DNA of 64,000 nucleotides from Candidatus Micrarchaeia archaeon (GTDB taxonomy: Archaea > Micrarchaeota > Micrarchaeia > Burarchaeales > Fermentimicrarchaeaceae): assembly GCA_038871515.1 (NCBI GenBank), contig JAVZHX010000002.1, positions 100,641 to 164,640 of the forward strand. The letters run 5' to 3'. How positions within the stretch are numbered: position 1 is the stretch's first letter; every line of letters starts with the position of its first letter. Shown here in pieces: positions 18,960 to 27,927 of this stretch. The notes beneath the pieces are model-generated. The model searched no databases. It had not been told where the DNA came from and saw only the letters and a program-made list of their open reading frames with translations. Position numbers and translations under genes: made by a program.

Positions 18960-19348
18960 ATGTATTTCAGTACAATGGGTGTAATAAAGGGTAGTGAAAA
19001 GGTTCTCCCTCTAGTTGTGAGGTATGCAAAATAGAATGGAGGCAGGAAAGTTATAGCTATTATGAATAGAAGATATACGAACCAAAGTAGTGTATCAATC
19101 CATAGTCTAATTCCTGAAAGAGTAAGAGCAAAAAATATTGCGAATAAAACAATATCCAACGCAAAAAGAAAAATTGAGAATAGGAAAGATTGCAACGCAT
19201 GAAATCTAATGTATTTGTCATCTTTTACTAGAAAGTAAATGAGCAAGGGGATAAAAAATCCTATACCACCCGCAAACCAACTCAGATAGAGAAAACCGCT
19301 AAGTAAACTATTCTTTGTGGTAGGCTTAATATTTACTGAATCAAGCAT
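18956..19348 (-). CDS. DUF4870-like small membrane protein
   Basis: GFFIPLLIYFL.KDDKYIRFHALQS and G..F.LP.I patterns; start placed at ATG 19348. Confidence 0.7.
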   Translation of the reverse strand: MLDSVNIKPTTKNSLLSGFLYLSWFAGGIGFFIPLLIYFLVKDDKYIRFHALQSFLFSIFLFALDIVLFAIFFALTLSGIRLWIDTLLWFVYLLFIIAITFLPPFYFAYLTTRGRTFSLPFITPIVLKYI

Positions 19349-19391
19349 CAGTTTATATTTAAAATAGTCAGCATATATAAAAGGTATTGCT

Positions 19392-20588
19392 ATGGGCGAG
19401 AGGAGCAAAGCGTTATATGAAATGAAGAAAAAGCTCAGGGAGCTGAGCAACATCGCGGGCAGTGGAACCGAGCTGATTTCTGTTTACATTCCTCCGAAGT
19501 ATTCCATAGCGGAGGTTAGCAATAAATTGAAAGCGGAGTATGGGCAGGCGAGCAACATAAAGTCAAAAAGCACAAGGAAGAATGTGCTTGACGCGCTTGA
19601 GAAAATAATCAACTATCTTAAAATGTTCCGCGAGCCACCGGAGAATGGAATTGCAATCTTCTGTGGTAACGTTTCAAAGGAGCAGGGCAAGCCTGACATA
19701 CAGCTCTTCTCAATCTCTCCTCCTGAGCCAATTCACGTTCAGCTCTACAGATGCGATTCAAGCTTCTTCCTTCAACCTTTGGAGGAGATGCTGGAAGCAA
19801 AGGATACGTATGGATTGGTTGTGATGGATGGAAGGGAGGCAACAATTGCAATTCTGAAAGGAAAGCAAACCAAAATAGTCAGGAAGCTGAACTCAACTGC
19901 GCATTCCAAACTGAGAGGTAAGGGCGGGCAATCCGCTCGTCGGTTTGAGCGACTCGTCGAAGAAGCTATAGAGAAGTATTACAAGAGAATTGGTGAAGCG
20001 ATGGATGAGGTTTTTCTCAACATAAAGGGTTTGAAAGGGGTGATAGTTGGCGGTCCAGGTCCTGCAAAGGAGGATTTTATGAAGCTTAAACCATTCAACT
20101 ACCAATTGAATATACTTGGGGTGGTTGACACTGGCTACACCGAGGAGTATGGAGTTAAGGAGCTTACTGAGAAAGCTGAGCCTCTCATTGCGGAGCAGGA
20201 GGCGGTGAAGGAGAAAATTCTGCTTGACAGATTTATGAAGGAAGTTGTGAAGGATGGGCTTGCAACGTATGGCGAAAAAGAAGTAAGGAAAGCACTGGAG
20301 GAAAACAAGGTTGATTTGCTTCTCCTCTCAGAGGGTTTGAACATAAAAAGGTATGTTGGTGAGTGCACCAACTGCGGAAAGAGAGTTATTGGTGTTTCAA
20401 GCGAGCCTGATAAATGTGAATGCGGGGGGAGGATGAAAGTTGTTGAGGAAAGAGAACTTGCAGATGAGTTGATTGAGCTTGCCGAGTCAAAAGGGGTGAA
20501 AATTGAGATGATTTCAACTGAGACAAGCGAGGGAAGCGAGTTCCTTCAGGGGTTCAGGGGAATTGGCGCTTTTCTCAGGTATAGGTGA
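19392..20588 (+). CDS. prf1: Peptide chain release factor aRF1
   Basis: GTELISVYIPP, NIKS, YRCD, GGQS motifs, C-terminal zinc ribbon. Confidence 0.97.
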   Translation: MGERSKALYEMKKKLRELSNIAGSGTELISVYIPPKYSIAEVSNKLKAEYGQASNIKSKSTRKNVLDALEKIINYLKMFREPPENGIAIFCGNVSKEQGKPDIQLFSISPPEPIHVQLYRCDSSFFLQPLEEMLEAKDTYGLVVMDGREATIAILKGKQTKIVRKLNSTAHSKLRGKGGQSARRFERLVEEAIEKYYKRIGEAMDEVFLNIKGLKGVIVGGPGPAKEDFMKLKPFNYQLNILGVVDTGYTEEYGVKELTEKAEPLIAEQEAVKEKILLDRFMKEVVKDGLATYGEKEVRKALEENKVDLLLLSEGLNIKRYVGECTNCGKRVIGVSSEPDKCECGGRMKVVEERELADELIELAESKGVKIEMISTETSEGSEFLQGFRGIGAFLRYR

Positions 20589-20592
20589 TGAG

Positions 20593-22389
20593 TTGCTCTG
20601 GCTGCTTTTCCTTGCTCTTGTGTTTCTTTTTGGTTTTGTGGTTTCTCAAAAATTTTTGAAGGAGGAAGCACTTTTCTCCGCTTTTCCGGTTGGGGTAATC
20701 CTTTCAACGTGGATGGTTTTTCTCATTTCCTTTATAACTGGTTTCAACGCAACGAGCATACTTGCTTCCTCTTTGCTGATGCTGCTCTGTTGTTTTTTTC
20801 TTGGAGTTAAAAAAACCCAGCCTGAAAAATACGCTGTTGCTGTATTTTTTGTTTCACTTGCATTCTTTTCACTGCTGAATCACTTGATGGTGTGGAACTT
20901 TGACAGCAAAGGCAATGCGCTTTCAGCAGTTGTTGTTGATGTTAATTATCACTCAGCAATAGTTACGCCGATGGGGTGGGGTGATAACTTCCCTCCCCTC
21001 TACCCCTATCTTCCTGAGAAGAAACTCACCTATCATTTTCTTTTTGATTTTTTTTCAGCAGTTCTTATGAAGCTTGACTCTGGTTTGCCGATGGCTATGC
21101 AGATTCCCAATTCACTTATTGGCGCATCCTTTGTTAGCTTGCTTTACATTATGATGAGAAAGTTTAAGCTTGGAAAGAAAACTGCGTTGCTTGCAGTTTT
21201 CCTCATTCTATTTAACGGAAACTTTGGTTTCATAGAGTTTTTCAAAGAGCTGCTCAGCATGCCGCAGGAGGAGATTCTGCCATCTCTACTTAAAATGGGG
21301 GTTGGCTCAACCTGGATGCCTGATAAAGGGTATGTGATGGCAAACACAATAACTGAATTCACCTTAAATCAAAGAGTTTTTATGATTGGGATATGCGTTT
21401 TTGCTCTTGTGATAGCTCTGCTCACAAAAGAGGATGAAAAAAGCTTCTTGTTTGCAGCAATAATAACTGGTTTATCCCCTCTGTTCCACATTTACTCATT
21501 CCTAGCAACTGTTTTTTTCTCTCTCCCGTTGCTTGTGAAAAAGAGTTGGAAACAGCTCGTTATTTTTCTCTTCATCGTTGCCCTTCTCGCAACTCCACAG
21601 CTCTCTTACGTATCCGAATCTGGCGAGGGATACCTGCAGTTCAAGCCTGGCTGGTTCACAGAACCGCAGAGCCACTGGCTGAAGGAGAAGCAAAGTTTTC
21701 TTGAATTCTGGCTTAAGAATTTCTCTCCTTACATACTGCTTGCGCTCCTCGGAATGGTTGTTGCACCTCAGCTGAGGGAGATGAGCGGAATGGCATTTGC
21801 CGTGTTCATTTTGTTCAACTTATTTGTAACCCAACCGCTTGCACAGGATAATAGGAAATGGTTGCTGTTTGCTCTGATATTTTTCTCAGCTTCCTCCGCT
21901 TTTTTCATCTCTTACATAAAAAAGAAGTTCAAACACGGCTGGCTTGTTGCAGCAATACTTGTTTTGGTGATGACTCTTGGTGGAATTCAAACAGTTGTTG
22001 GCTGGGCTCAGAACTACGAGCAGGTTTTATTTTATAAGGATGAGCTGAAAGTATGTGAGTTTATTAGAAACAACACTGAAGCAGATGCGCTGATACTTTC
22101 AAATATGCACAGGGATTGTGTGAATAACTGGGGGGGAAGGAGGGTTTTTCTCAGAGTTGACTTTGAATCGCTTACCTGGTATATGGGGCATGGGATAAAC
22201 ACGGATGAATTTGAAAATGAAATGAAAAGAATGCTTGCAGGAGACTGCGAGCTTATAAGGGAAAGGGGAGTTGATTATATATTAATTGATAGCAGGAATG
22301 GTGAATTCCGGCCGAAGCAGTCCTTTCTCAACAGAATGGAAAAGCTTTATGAGGAAAGCACCTTCTCCTTTTATAAAGTAAACTGCTAG
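20593..22389 (+). CDS. Polytopic membrane protein, probable GT-C-fold glycosyltransferase
   Basis: Many TM segments, first loop D..YH...FPP.YP....LTYHF..D, soluble C-terminal domain (FIRNNT..DA.IL...GVDYI). TTG 20593 follows a GGTGA RBS. Confidence 0.55.
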   Translation: MLWLLFLALVFLFGFVVSQKFLKEEALFSAFPVGVILSTWMVFLISFITGFNATSILASSLLMLLCCFFLGVKKTQPEKYAVAVFFVSLAFFSLLNHLMVWNFDSKGNALSAVVVDVNYHSAIVTPMGWGDNFPPLYPYLPEKKLTYHFLFDFFSAVLMKLDSGLPMAMQIPNSLIGASFVSLLYIMMRKFKLGKKTALLAVFLILFNGNFGFIEFFKELLSMPQEEILPSLLKMGVGSTWMPDKGYVMANTITEFTLNQRVFMIGICVFALVIALLTKEDEKSFLFAAIITGLSPLFHIYSFLATVFFSLPLLVKKSWKQLVIFLFIVALLATPQLSYVSESGEGYLQFKPGWFTEPQSHWLKEKQSFLEFWLKNFSPYILLALLGMVVAPQLREMSGMAFAVFILFNLFVTQPLAQDNRKWLLFALIFFSASSAFFISYIKKKFKHGWLVAAILVLVMTLGGIQTVVGWAQNYEQVLFYKDELKVCEFIRNNTEADALILSNMHRDCVNNWGGRRVFLRVDFESLTWYMGHGINTDEFENEMKRMLAGDCELIRERGVDYILIDSRNGEFRPKQSFLNRMEKLYEESTFSFYKVNC

Positions 22390-22832
22390 CCTATCATTCT
22401 GGCTATTGCGCAGTCATTCAAAAAATCTGAATCACCTTCAACAACCGCTTTTGATTTGTAGAAAGCAGTTGAATTTTTATTTTGGTTGTAACGTATGTAA
22501 AAAACCGTTGAGCCAGAAATTATTGACTCGCATTCCTTAATTGTTTTTGTTGTGTTTCCATAGAAGCACGTTTCCCCCTCATAAACAAATGTTCTATTCC
22601 TCAACGCATCGTATTTTCCAGTCAAACCAAGCATCATAGCAACGTCAGTGCCGCACTGCATAACCGGGATGGTTATTGGTGAGTGGCGCGTATCCATAAT
22701 AATTGAAATTTTGTTTGTTGCTGCCAGCTCGTTTTTAAATTCGCTCAAGCTCACCCTCTGCTCCACCCCGTATAGTAGGTAAAGGGCTGCAAGTACGACA
22801 ATTAAAACAACCAAGCCAACCAGATACTTCAT
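22386..22832 (-). CDS. Membrane-anchored hypothetical protein with four Cys; paralog of the C-terminal domain of the upstream gene
   Basis: N-terminal TM helix; ends KAVVEGDSDFLNDCAIARMIG. Confidence 0.75.
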   Translation of the reverse strand: MKYLVGLVVLIVVLAALYLLYGVEQRVSLSEFKNELAATNKISIIMDTRHSPITIPVMQCGTDVAMMLGLTGKYDALRNRTFVYEGETCFYGNTTKTIKECESIISGSTVFYIRYNQNKNSTAFYKSKAVVEGDSDFLNDCAIARMIG

Positions 22833-24925
22833 CCAATAACCCTTGCTATTATGCATTCATTGAAAAACTTCTCATCTCCTTCAAGAGTTGCTTTCTTTGT
22901 GTATAAAACTTGATAAACTGCTTTATTCTCACCGCTGCGCAGTATTATCACTGGGTTTGCATCAATAGAATTTTCACAGGCTGCTCTGCTTGTTGTTTCG
23001 TTTGCTGCCAAACAATCCTGCCCATCAAACTTATAATGCATAACTGTTTTTCCGATGCTTGTGAGCTTCTCAGCAAGCTTCTCCGAGCAGTTGCTCACTG
23101 CATCCCTCATGCTTCCATTCAACCCTGTTAACTCAGCAACCACCCCAGCTTTTGTTGACTCCTTTAACTCTGAAAGGAATACATCATACGTTGTTGGGTG
23201 CGACTGCATATCTGCTACATTGTAAACTGCAAGCGAGCCGAGTATGAGAAGCAGGGCAAAAAATGCAAAGATGAAACTCCAGAGAATTTTTGCAACTCTT
23301 GGAAGTATTATTCTTCTGGAACGAATTACGTAGAAGAAAGCACCAAGAGAAATTAGAAATATAATTAAATCCGCAACTGCAAGCGCAATTGCTATAAGGG
23401 TGGTTGCATTCCTCTCCTTCTCCTCATAAGAAAGTGGCACGATTGGCTCAAGCAAGCTCAAAGAGATTAAGATAATTGGCTTTGCAACTGCTACAACCAG
23501 ATTGTTAACCTGCTGGGAGCTTGCTGCTTTCTTCTCGTCACGTATTGAAATTGCATTCTGTTTTATACCTTTAAATTCATTAATCAACTGGTTTGTTTCC
23601 TGAATTGTGAAGGGAGAGCTGTTCTGTATTGTGAATTCCAGTGATACTTTCTGCGTGTATAAATCCTCAAGCCTACTTCTTGTTGCAAAATCGCTCTCCT
23701 CAACACGCAGCCATGCTTCAAAAAGCGCATCGGAAGCAGAGCGGTTGCTTTCCATCAGTTCATTGTAAAGCGCAGCAAGCGAAGAAACATGAGATTCAAG
23801 CTCGTCAGCAGCCCTTGAGAAGTTTGCTGAGAGAAGGTTTACCTGCGAGTAGTTCCTCTCATCTCCAAACGCTCGCATCTCAGAAAGTATGTTGTTAACT
23901 TCTTCAAGCTTCTCAGCAGTTTCATTGTCAGTTATATAAGGAAGCAGAAGGTTCAGCGTTCCGGTGAGGTTATTCCTTCTCTCAACCCATACCGAGTAGT
24001 TTGCAAGGAATGACTCCCTCTCCTCCCTTATTGTTCTGTTTATCTTTCTTTCAGGAGTGCTTGCGACAATTGAGGAAACCTGCTGAAGCAATGCGCTTTC
24101 TGTTGGAACTCTGTTGCTCAGCTCAGTTGCCTTGCTTAACGCGGAGTTCAGCGCAGTGAGGTTGTATTCTTTATAGAAATTCCTGCAGAAGTCCAAAGCA
24201 TCCCTACTATGGGTGACTGCGTACTGCTCATAGATTTTAGAGACCGGGGGCTTTCCCAGATCCTCCACTGCAGTTTTTATTGCATTAAGACTCTGCTTTA
24301 TGGCAATTAATGAGGAGGAAACATCTCCTGAGATTGAGTTTGCTAGATTATTATCGAACAAGGTAATATTGCCATAGATTATGACAAAATCATAAGACAT
24401 TCTTTCTACTGCCTTTGCAAGAGGACTGGACATGGGATCCGGCGATGTGAGTGTGTGGTCCATATAATCCTTGCACACCGGAACCGTGCGACAGGACTGA
24501 CAGTTGTTTTCCTTGGTGCAGGTCAAGTGGGGCGAACCGTCTGGCTTGGCAAGGCCAGTTAGCATCCTGCAGTCGAGTTCAGCGGTTCCCCTGCTTAGGA
24601 GGAACATTTGAAAGGATTGATTCAGCGCATCCAGCTCCGCTTTTGTTGGATAAGCAGTTTTAGCATAGTATTCCCTGAGAATTGAGTCAATCTGCTGCTG
24701 GCTTTCGACAAAATATATCCTGTCGCTGAGGTTGAGCAGGAACGTATATGTGTTGTTTATAACAACAATTGAATAGTTTCCTGAAGCAAGGTTCGCGGGA
24801 AGAATCTTAACATCCCTTGTGTAATTCTCCCAAGTGTATAAATAAGGAGTGACAAACTCAGTTATGTTAACTGCGTGCAGAAAAGAAACTAACAACAATA
24901 ATGATACAAGCACCCACTTCTTCAT
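22829..24925 (-). CDS. Large exported, helical/coiled-coil, membrane-anchored glycoprotein (698 aa), unknown function
   Basis: Signal peptide, Cys cluster, many NxS/T sequons, long helical region, 2-3 TM helices, C-terminal four-Cys domain. Confidence 0.75.
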   Translation of the reverse strand: MKKWVLVSLLLLVSFLHAVNITEFVTPYLYTWENYTRDVKILPANLASGNYSIVVINNTYTFLLNLSDRIYFVESQQQIDSILREYYAKTAYPTKAELDALNQSFQMFLLSRGTAELDCRMLTGLAKPDGSPHLTCTKENNCQSCRTVPVCKDYMDHTLTSPDPMSSPLAKAVERMSYDFVIIYGNITLFDNNLANSISGDVSSSLIAIKQSLNAIKTAVEDLGKPPVSKIYEQYAVTHSRDALDFCRNFYKEYNLTALNSALSKATELSNRVPTESALLQQVSSIVASTPERKINRTIREERESFLANYSVWVERRNNLTGTLNLLLPYITDNETAEKLEEVNNILSEMRAFGDERNYSQVNLLSANFSRAADELESHVSSLAALYNELMESNRSASDALFEAWLRVEESDFATRSRLEDLYTQKVSLEFTIQNSSPFTIQETNQLINEFKGIKQNAISIRDEKKAASSQQVNNLVVAVAKPIILISLSLLEPIVPLSYEEKERNATTLIAIALAVADLIIFLISLGAFFYVIRSRRIILPRVAKILWSFIFAFFALLLILGSLAVYNVADMQSHPTTYDVFLSELKESTKAGVVAELTGLNGSMRDAVSNCSEKLAEKLTSIGKTVMHYKFDGQDCLAANETTSRAACENSIDANPVIILRSGENKAVYQVLYTKKATLEGDEKFFNECIIARVIG

Positions 24926-25000
24926 CTGATCGCCTCAGTTAAAAGAAATGATTGGGGGTATATATAAACTTTTGCAGAGCTCAAGCTGAGTTGAATAAAA

Positions 25001-25032
25001 TAAAAAAGAAGAAAGGGAGGGCTTGCGCCCTC
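25001..25032 (-). terminator. Hairpin plus pyrimidine/U-tract terminator of the S-layer gene
   Basis: Minus strand GAGGGC-GCAA-GCCCTC (GNRA loop, 25017-25032) followed by CCTTTCTTCTTTTTT, 8 nt after the stop codon. Confidence 0.7.
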
Positions 25033-25040
25033 AAACCACT

Positions 25041-27668
25041 CTACTGGGCTGCTGCAATCAGCGCCTGGATGAACTGGTCTGCTGCTGTCAGTGTGTCCGC
25101 TGCAGTGTAACCAGCCACCAGTATCCTGTTTGTGCCGACTGCCTTCACAACGACCCTATCCTTTGAAAGGTCGATTGCTCCACTCTGGATAACCTCGGCA
25201 GCAACCGTGTTGACAAGGTTACCTCCAACTACTATCAAAGTAGCGGATGTGTCCGCATCCTTGTCAAGCACAACAAGCTTGTTGGCAGCTGTGTTCAGCG
25301 GGACTCTCACATCTGCTCTTGTGACAGATGGAGTTGCTGACAGTCCGTCCTTACCAGTCACCGTGCACTGCGCATCTCCGCCAACTGTGCATGTGCCAAC
25401 TGTCTCAGTGATTTCCTTCACCTTGACAGTCACACCGCCACCAACGTTGGCAGTCTCGCCCTCACCGAGTGGTCCGACTGTGGTGCCAGTTGTAGCCTCT
25501 GTGCCCTTCGTCTTGGCAAAGAACTTCAGCTCACCCAGCCTTCTTGCTCTCTTGAAGGATACACCGTATGTTGACATGTCAACAAACTGAGTGCCCCTCT
25601 CTGAGATGTAGCCGGGCTCAACTGTTGTTCTGCCAATCTCGAGCTCGTCCTCAATACCTGTAACACCATTGTAGTATATCTGTTTTGTTGCAGTTGTTGT
25701 CAGAAGGAACTTGTCCTTGTTGTCCGTGTCCCTGTATATTGGAACTTCCCAGACGTCTACGACGCCAGAGCTGCTTGATGCAGACTCCTGCATCCAGAAC
25801 GCTGCTGTGTTAGTGTCATAGTCATCGTGCTTGTCGTACCAGATTGGCATGTCGTCGCTTGTTGCATCTCCCGCCAAGTAATACACGGAAGCATTCATGT
25901 AGTAGTAGCAGCTCCCGCCTGGCTTCTGGAAGATGACCATTCCCTCCTCTAGGCCGGTAACTGGTGAACCATAGCTAGTTTCGTTTCCTAGGAAGTAGTA
26001 GAACCTCTGCACTAGGAACGTGTCGTGACCAGACAGCTGGAACGCGTCCTTCACAAGTGACTGAACCTGCAACAGGTTACCGTTGGTGTTATTAATTGTG
26101 GTTGTTTGGCTGCACCCAGCATCGTAGTCGGTCTGCACCGGGAAGCTTGCTGAACCGTAATACACCAACGACAGGCTCAAGCTGTCGTAGTCAGCAGCTC
26201 CAAGCGTTATGCCACCAAACTCAATCTGGTATGCAACTGGCTTTGTCACAAAGTCGTATGTGTCACCAGTGCCCATAATCTGGGTTGGGTCTGCGTAGTT
26301 GTCGTATAGTATTATTTTTCTCAATGCATCCGCTTCTTTGCTTGCATATGTTGGGTCCTTGTTTCTCCAAGCGAGTTTTATAACCCAGTCGGAGTTGTCA
26401 GTTGTGTCCAGAGACTCTCCACTGGTCAGGGTGAACTCCTGGGAGTACACAGCCATCTCAGCCCACTTTGCATACGCATAGTAACCTGGGTTGGTCTTGT
26501 ACACCCTTATCCTGACCTTGGAACCATCTGGTGCTGTCCATGTGTATGAGCTAGTTGACGGATAGAACTTGTCCTCCTTCAGCAGACTGCCTGTTGAGTC
26601 ATATATGGCAATTGTTGCTGCTGATTCCTTTCCGTTTCCAAGTGGTGCCTCAATATCCACTAGTTTCAGCACATATGCGCCTGCGGTGAGGTTCTCACCA
26701 ACGTGCACAATTCCATATGCGCTCTCCTTTGCGAGGTTTATTGAGCCTCCAGGGCACTCGCTTGTTGGCGATGTCAGTTCACAGTCAGTTGGTGGGTTCA
26801 TCTGGCTTATTATGTAGGTGTCACCAAGGAAACCAATGTGCACCCTGTGCCTGTCAGTCATATCCTGCTCAGGGCATTTGGTGTAGTCACCCACATTGCT
26901 GTCGTTCTGGTAGTTACTATCCAGATTTGTCTTGACAGTTGCATCGCATGTTCCAACAGGTATTCCTGCCTGGTCATGCGTGAACTCTATCTGGTACGCA
27001 CCCTTCTGGTCTGTTGCAGCAAGCTTCTTATTCAATGTATCATACTGTCCATGTGCCTGGAACCAGAGAGTCTGCTCTTCTTTGTACTGCTTGTTTGCAT
27101 ATGGGTCAGTTACAGTTGGTGACGCAAGTGCTGGGAATTCCGCAGATGTTATCTTCTTCACAGCGTACGTCTTGCCCGCCTCGCCTACATCATTTGCAAA
27201 CGGCGAAAGGTCAAGGGATGTGTTGTATACATCATCCACTGTGCTGAACAATCTGTTCTGCAGCTTCTTGTCAACCCAGTCGTTTATGTATGTGTTGAAC
27301 GGATACACTCCGCCAACTGTGCCTGGGACAGTCACCTCAAGGGTAACCTTCTCGTTTGTCACAGCGCATGTTCCAGCGCCTGCTCCGCCAGTCACTGTGC
27401 ATCCTAGGTTTGCAGCTCCACTAACAGTTGCCGTCACCTCTTGGGACTTGAAAGCCAAGTTCCCAATCACCGCGGCTATGTTGGCTGCGGCTACACCGTC
27501 GGATGCTGCTGCTCTCTCTCCGACTACGATCTTAACCTGGGGCACACCCTCTGCGCTGATTATTGGGGTGTTGCTATACGTCACAGCTCCTGCGGTTGCA
27601 AGAGTTGCTCCAAGTATAGCTGCGCCCGCAGCTAAGGCCGCAATCCTTTTCACATTCAATCCTTTCAA
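25041..27668 (-). CDS. S-layer protein (S_layer_N/C type), 875 aa
   Basis: KRIAALAAGAAILG signal peptide; VVGERAAASDGVAAANIA N-domain and LIVVGGNLVN...ILVAGYTAADT C-domain; strongly biased codon usage; TTG start with GAGGTGA RBS. Confidence 0.88.
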   Translation of the reverse strand: MKGLNVKRIAALAAGAAILGATLATAGAVTYSNTPIISAEGVPQVKIVVGERAAASDGVAAANIAAVIGNLAFKSQEVTATVSGAANLGCTVTGGAGAGTCAVTNEKVTLEVTVPGTVGGVYPFNTYINDWVDKKLQNRLFSTVDDVYNTSLDLSPFANDVGEAGKTYAVKKITSAEFPALASPTVTDPYANKQYKEEQTLWFQAHGQYDTLNKKLAATDQKGAYQIEFTHDQAGIPVGTCDATVKTNLDSNYQNDSNVGDYTKCPEQDMTDRHRVHIGFLGDTYIISQMNPPTDCELTSPTSECPGGSINLAKESAYGIVHVGENLTAGAYVLKLVDIEAPLGNGKESAATIAIYDSTGSLLKEDKFYPSTSSYTWTAPDGSKVRIRVYKTNPGYYAYAKWAEMAVYSQEFTLTSGESLDTTDNSDWVIKLAWRNKDPTYASKEADALRKIILYDNYADPTQIMGTGDTYDFVTKPVAYQIEFGGITLGAADYDSLSLSLVYYGSASFPVQTDYDAGCSQTTTINNTNGNLLQVQSLVKDAFQLSGHDTFLVQRFYYFLGNETSYGSPVTGLEEGMVIFQKPGGSCYYYMNASVYYLAGDATSDDMPIWYDKHDDYDTNTAAFWMQESASSSSGVVDVWEVPIYRDTDNKDKFLLTTTATKQIYYNGVTGIEDELEIGRTTVEPGYISERGTQFVDMSTYGVSFKRARRLGELKFFAKTKGTEATTGTTVGPLGEGETANVGGGVTVKVKEITETVGTCTVGGDAQCTVTGKDGLSATPSVTRADVRVPLNTAANKLVVLDKDADTSATLIVVGGNLVNTVAAEVIQSGAIDLSKDRVVVKAVGTNRILVAGYTAADTLTAADQFIQALIAAAQ

Positions 27669-27806
27669 TTTCTCACCTCTTTTTTATGTCGCCACTTTTT
27701 TGGGCCTTTACTCTTACAAGGATTATCGGCGACATTTTTTGCCCAAAACACCACCGCATCTCACATGCTGCTGAGAAGTAGCTCAGCAGGCATCAATAAC
27801 GGTGAT
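27669..27806 (-). promoter_or_regulatory. Structured 5' leader of the S-layer mRNA
   Basis: Interleaved 8-bp complementary pairs 27686-93/27728-35 and 27698-705/27741-48; hairpin 27768-75/27782-89; CACCG/CGGTG stem closing near the predicted start site, about 25 nt from a TATA box near 27830-27838. Confidence 0.6.
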
Positions 27807-27857
27807 CGTAGTTCATTAACTTTGCACCATATTTAAAGGTTTCGGATGTATATAAAG

Positions 27858-27927
27858 TTTAATTTATAAATTAAAAATTAATTTACGTCAATTGTCCAAC
27901 ATAAACTTCGTTTTTACGACGTAAATT
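27858..27927. promoter_or_regulatory. Palindrome and inverted-repeat cluster upstream of the S-layer promoter
   Basis: Perfect 18-bp palindrome TTTAATTTATAAATTAAA (27858-27875); 10-bp inverted repeat AATTTACGTC/GACGTAAATT (27880-89/27918-27). Confidence 0.5.

Noticed and set aside
24470..24520. CQSC motif in the 698-aa protein as a heme-binding site
   Set aside because: It is CxxCR, not CxxCH; more likely disulfides in an exported domain.
26932..27774. 280-aa plus-strand ORF (and 25132-25590) antisense to the S-layer gene
   Set aside because: Shadow frames produced by the strong codon bias of the S-layer gene; no recognisable protein motifs.
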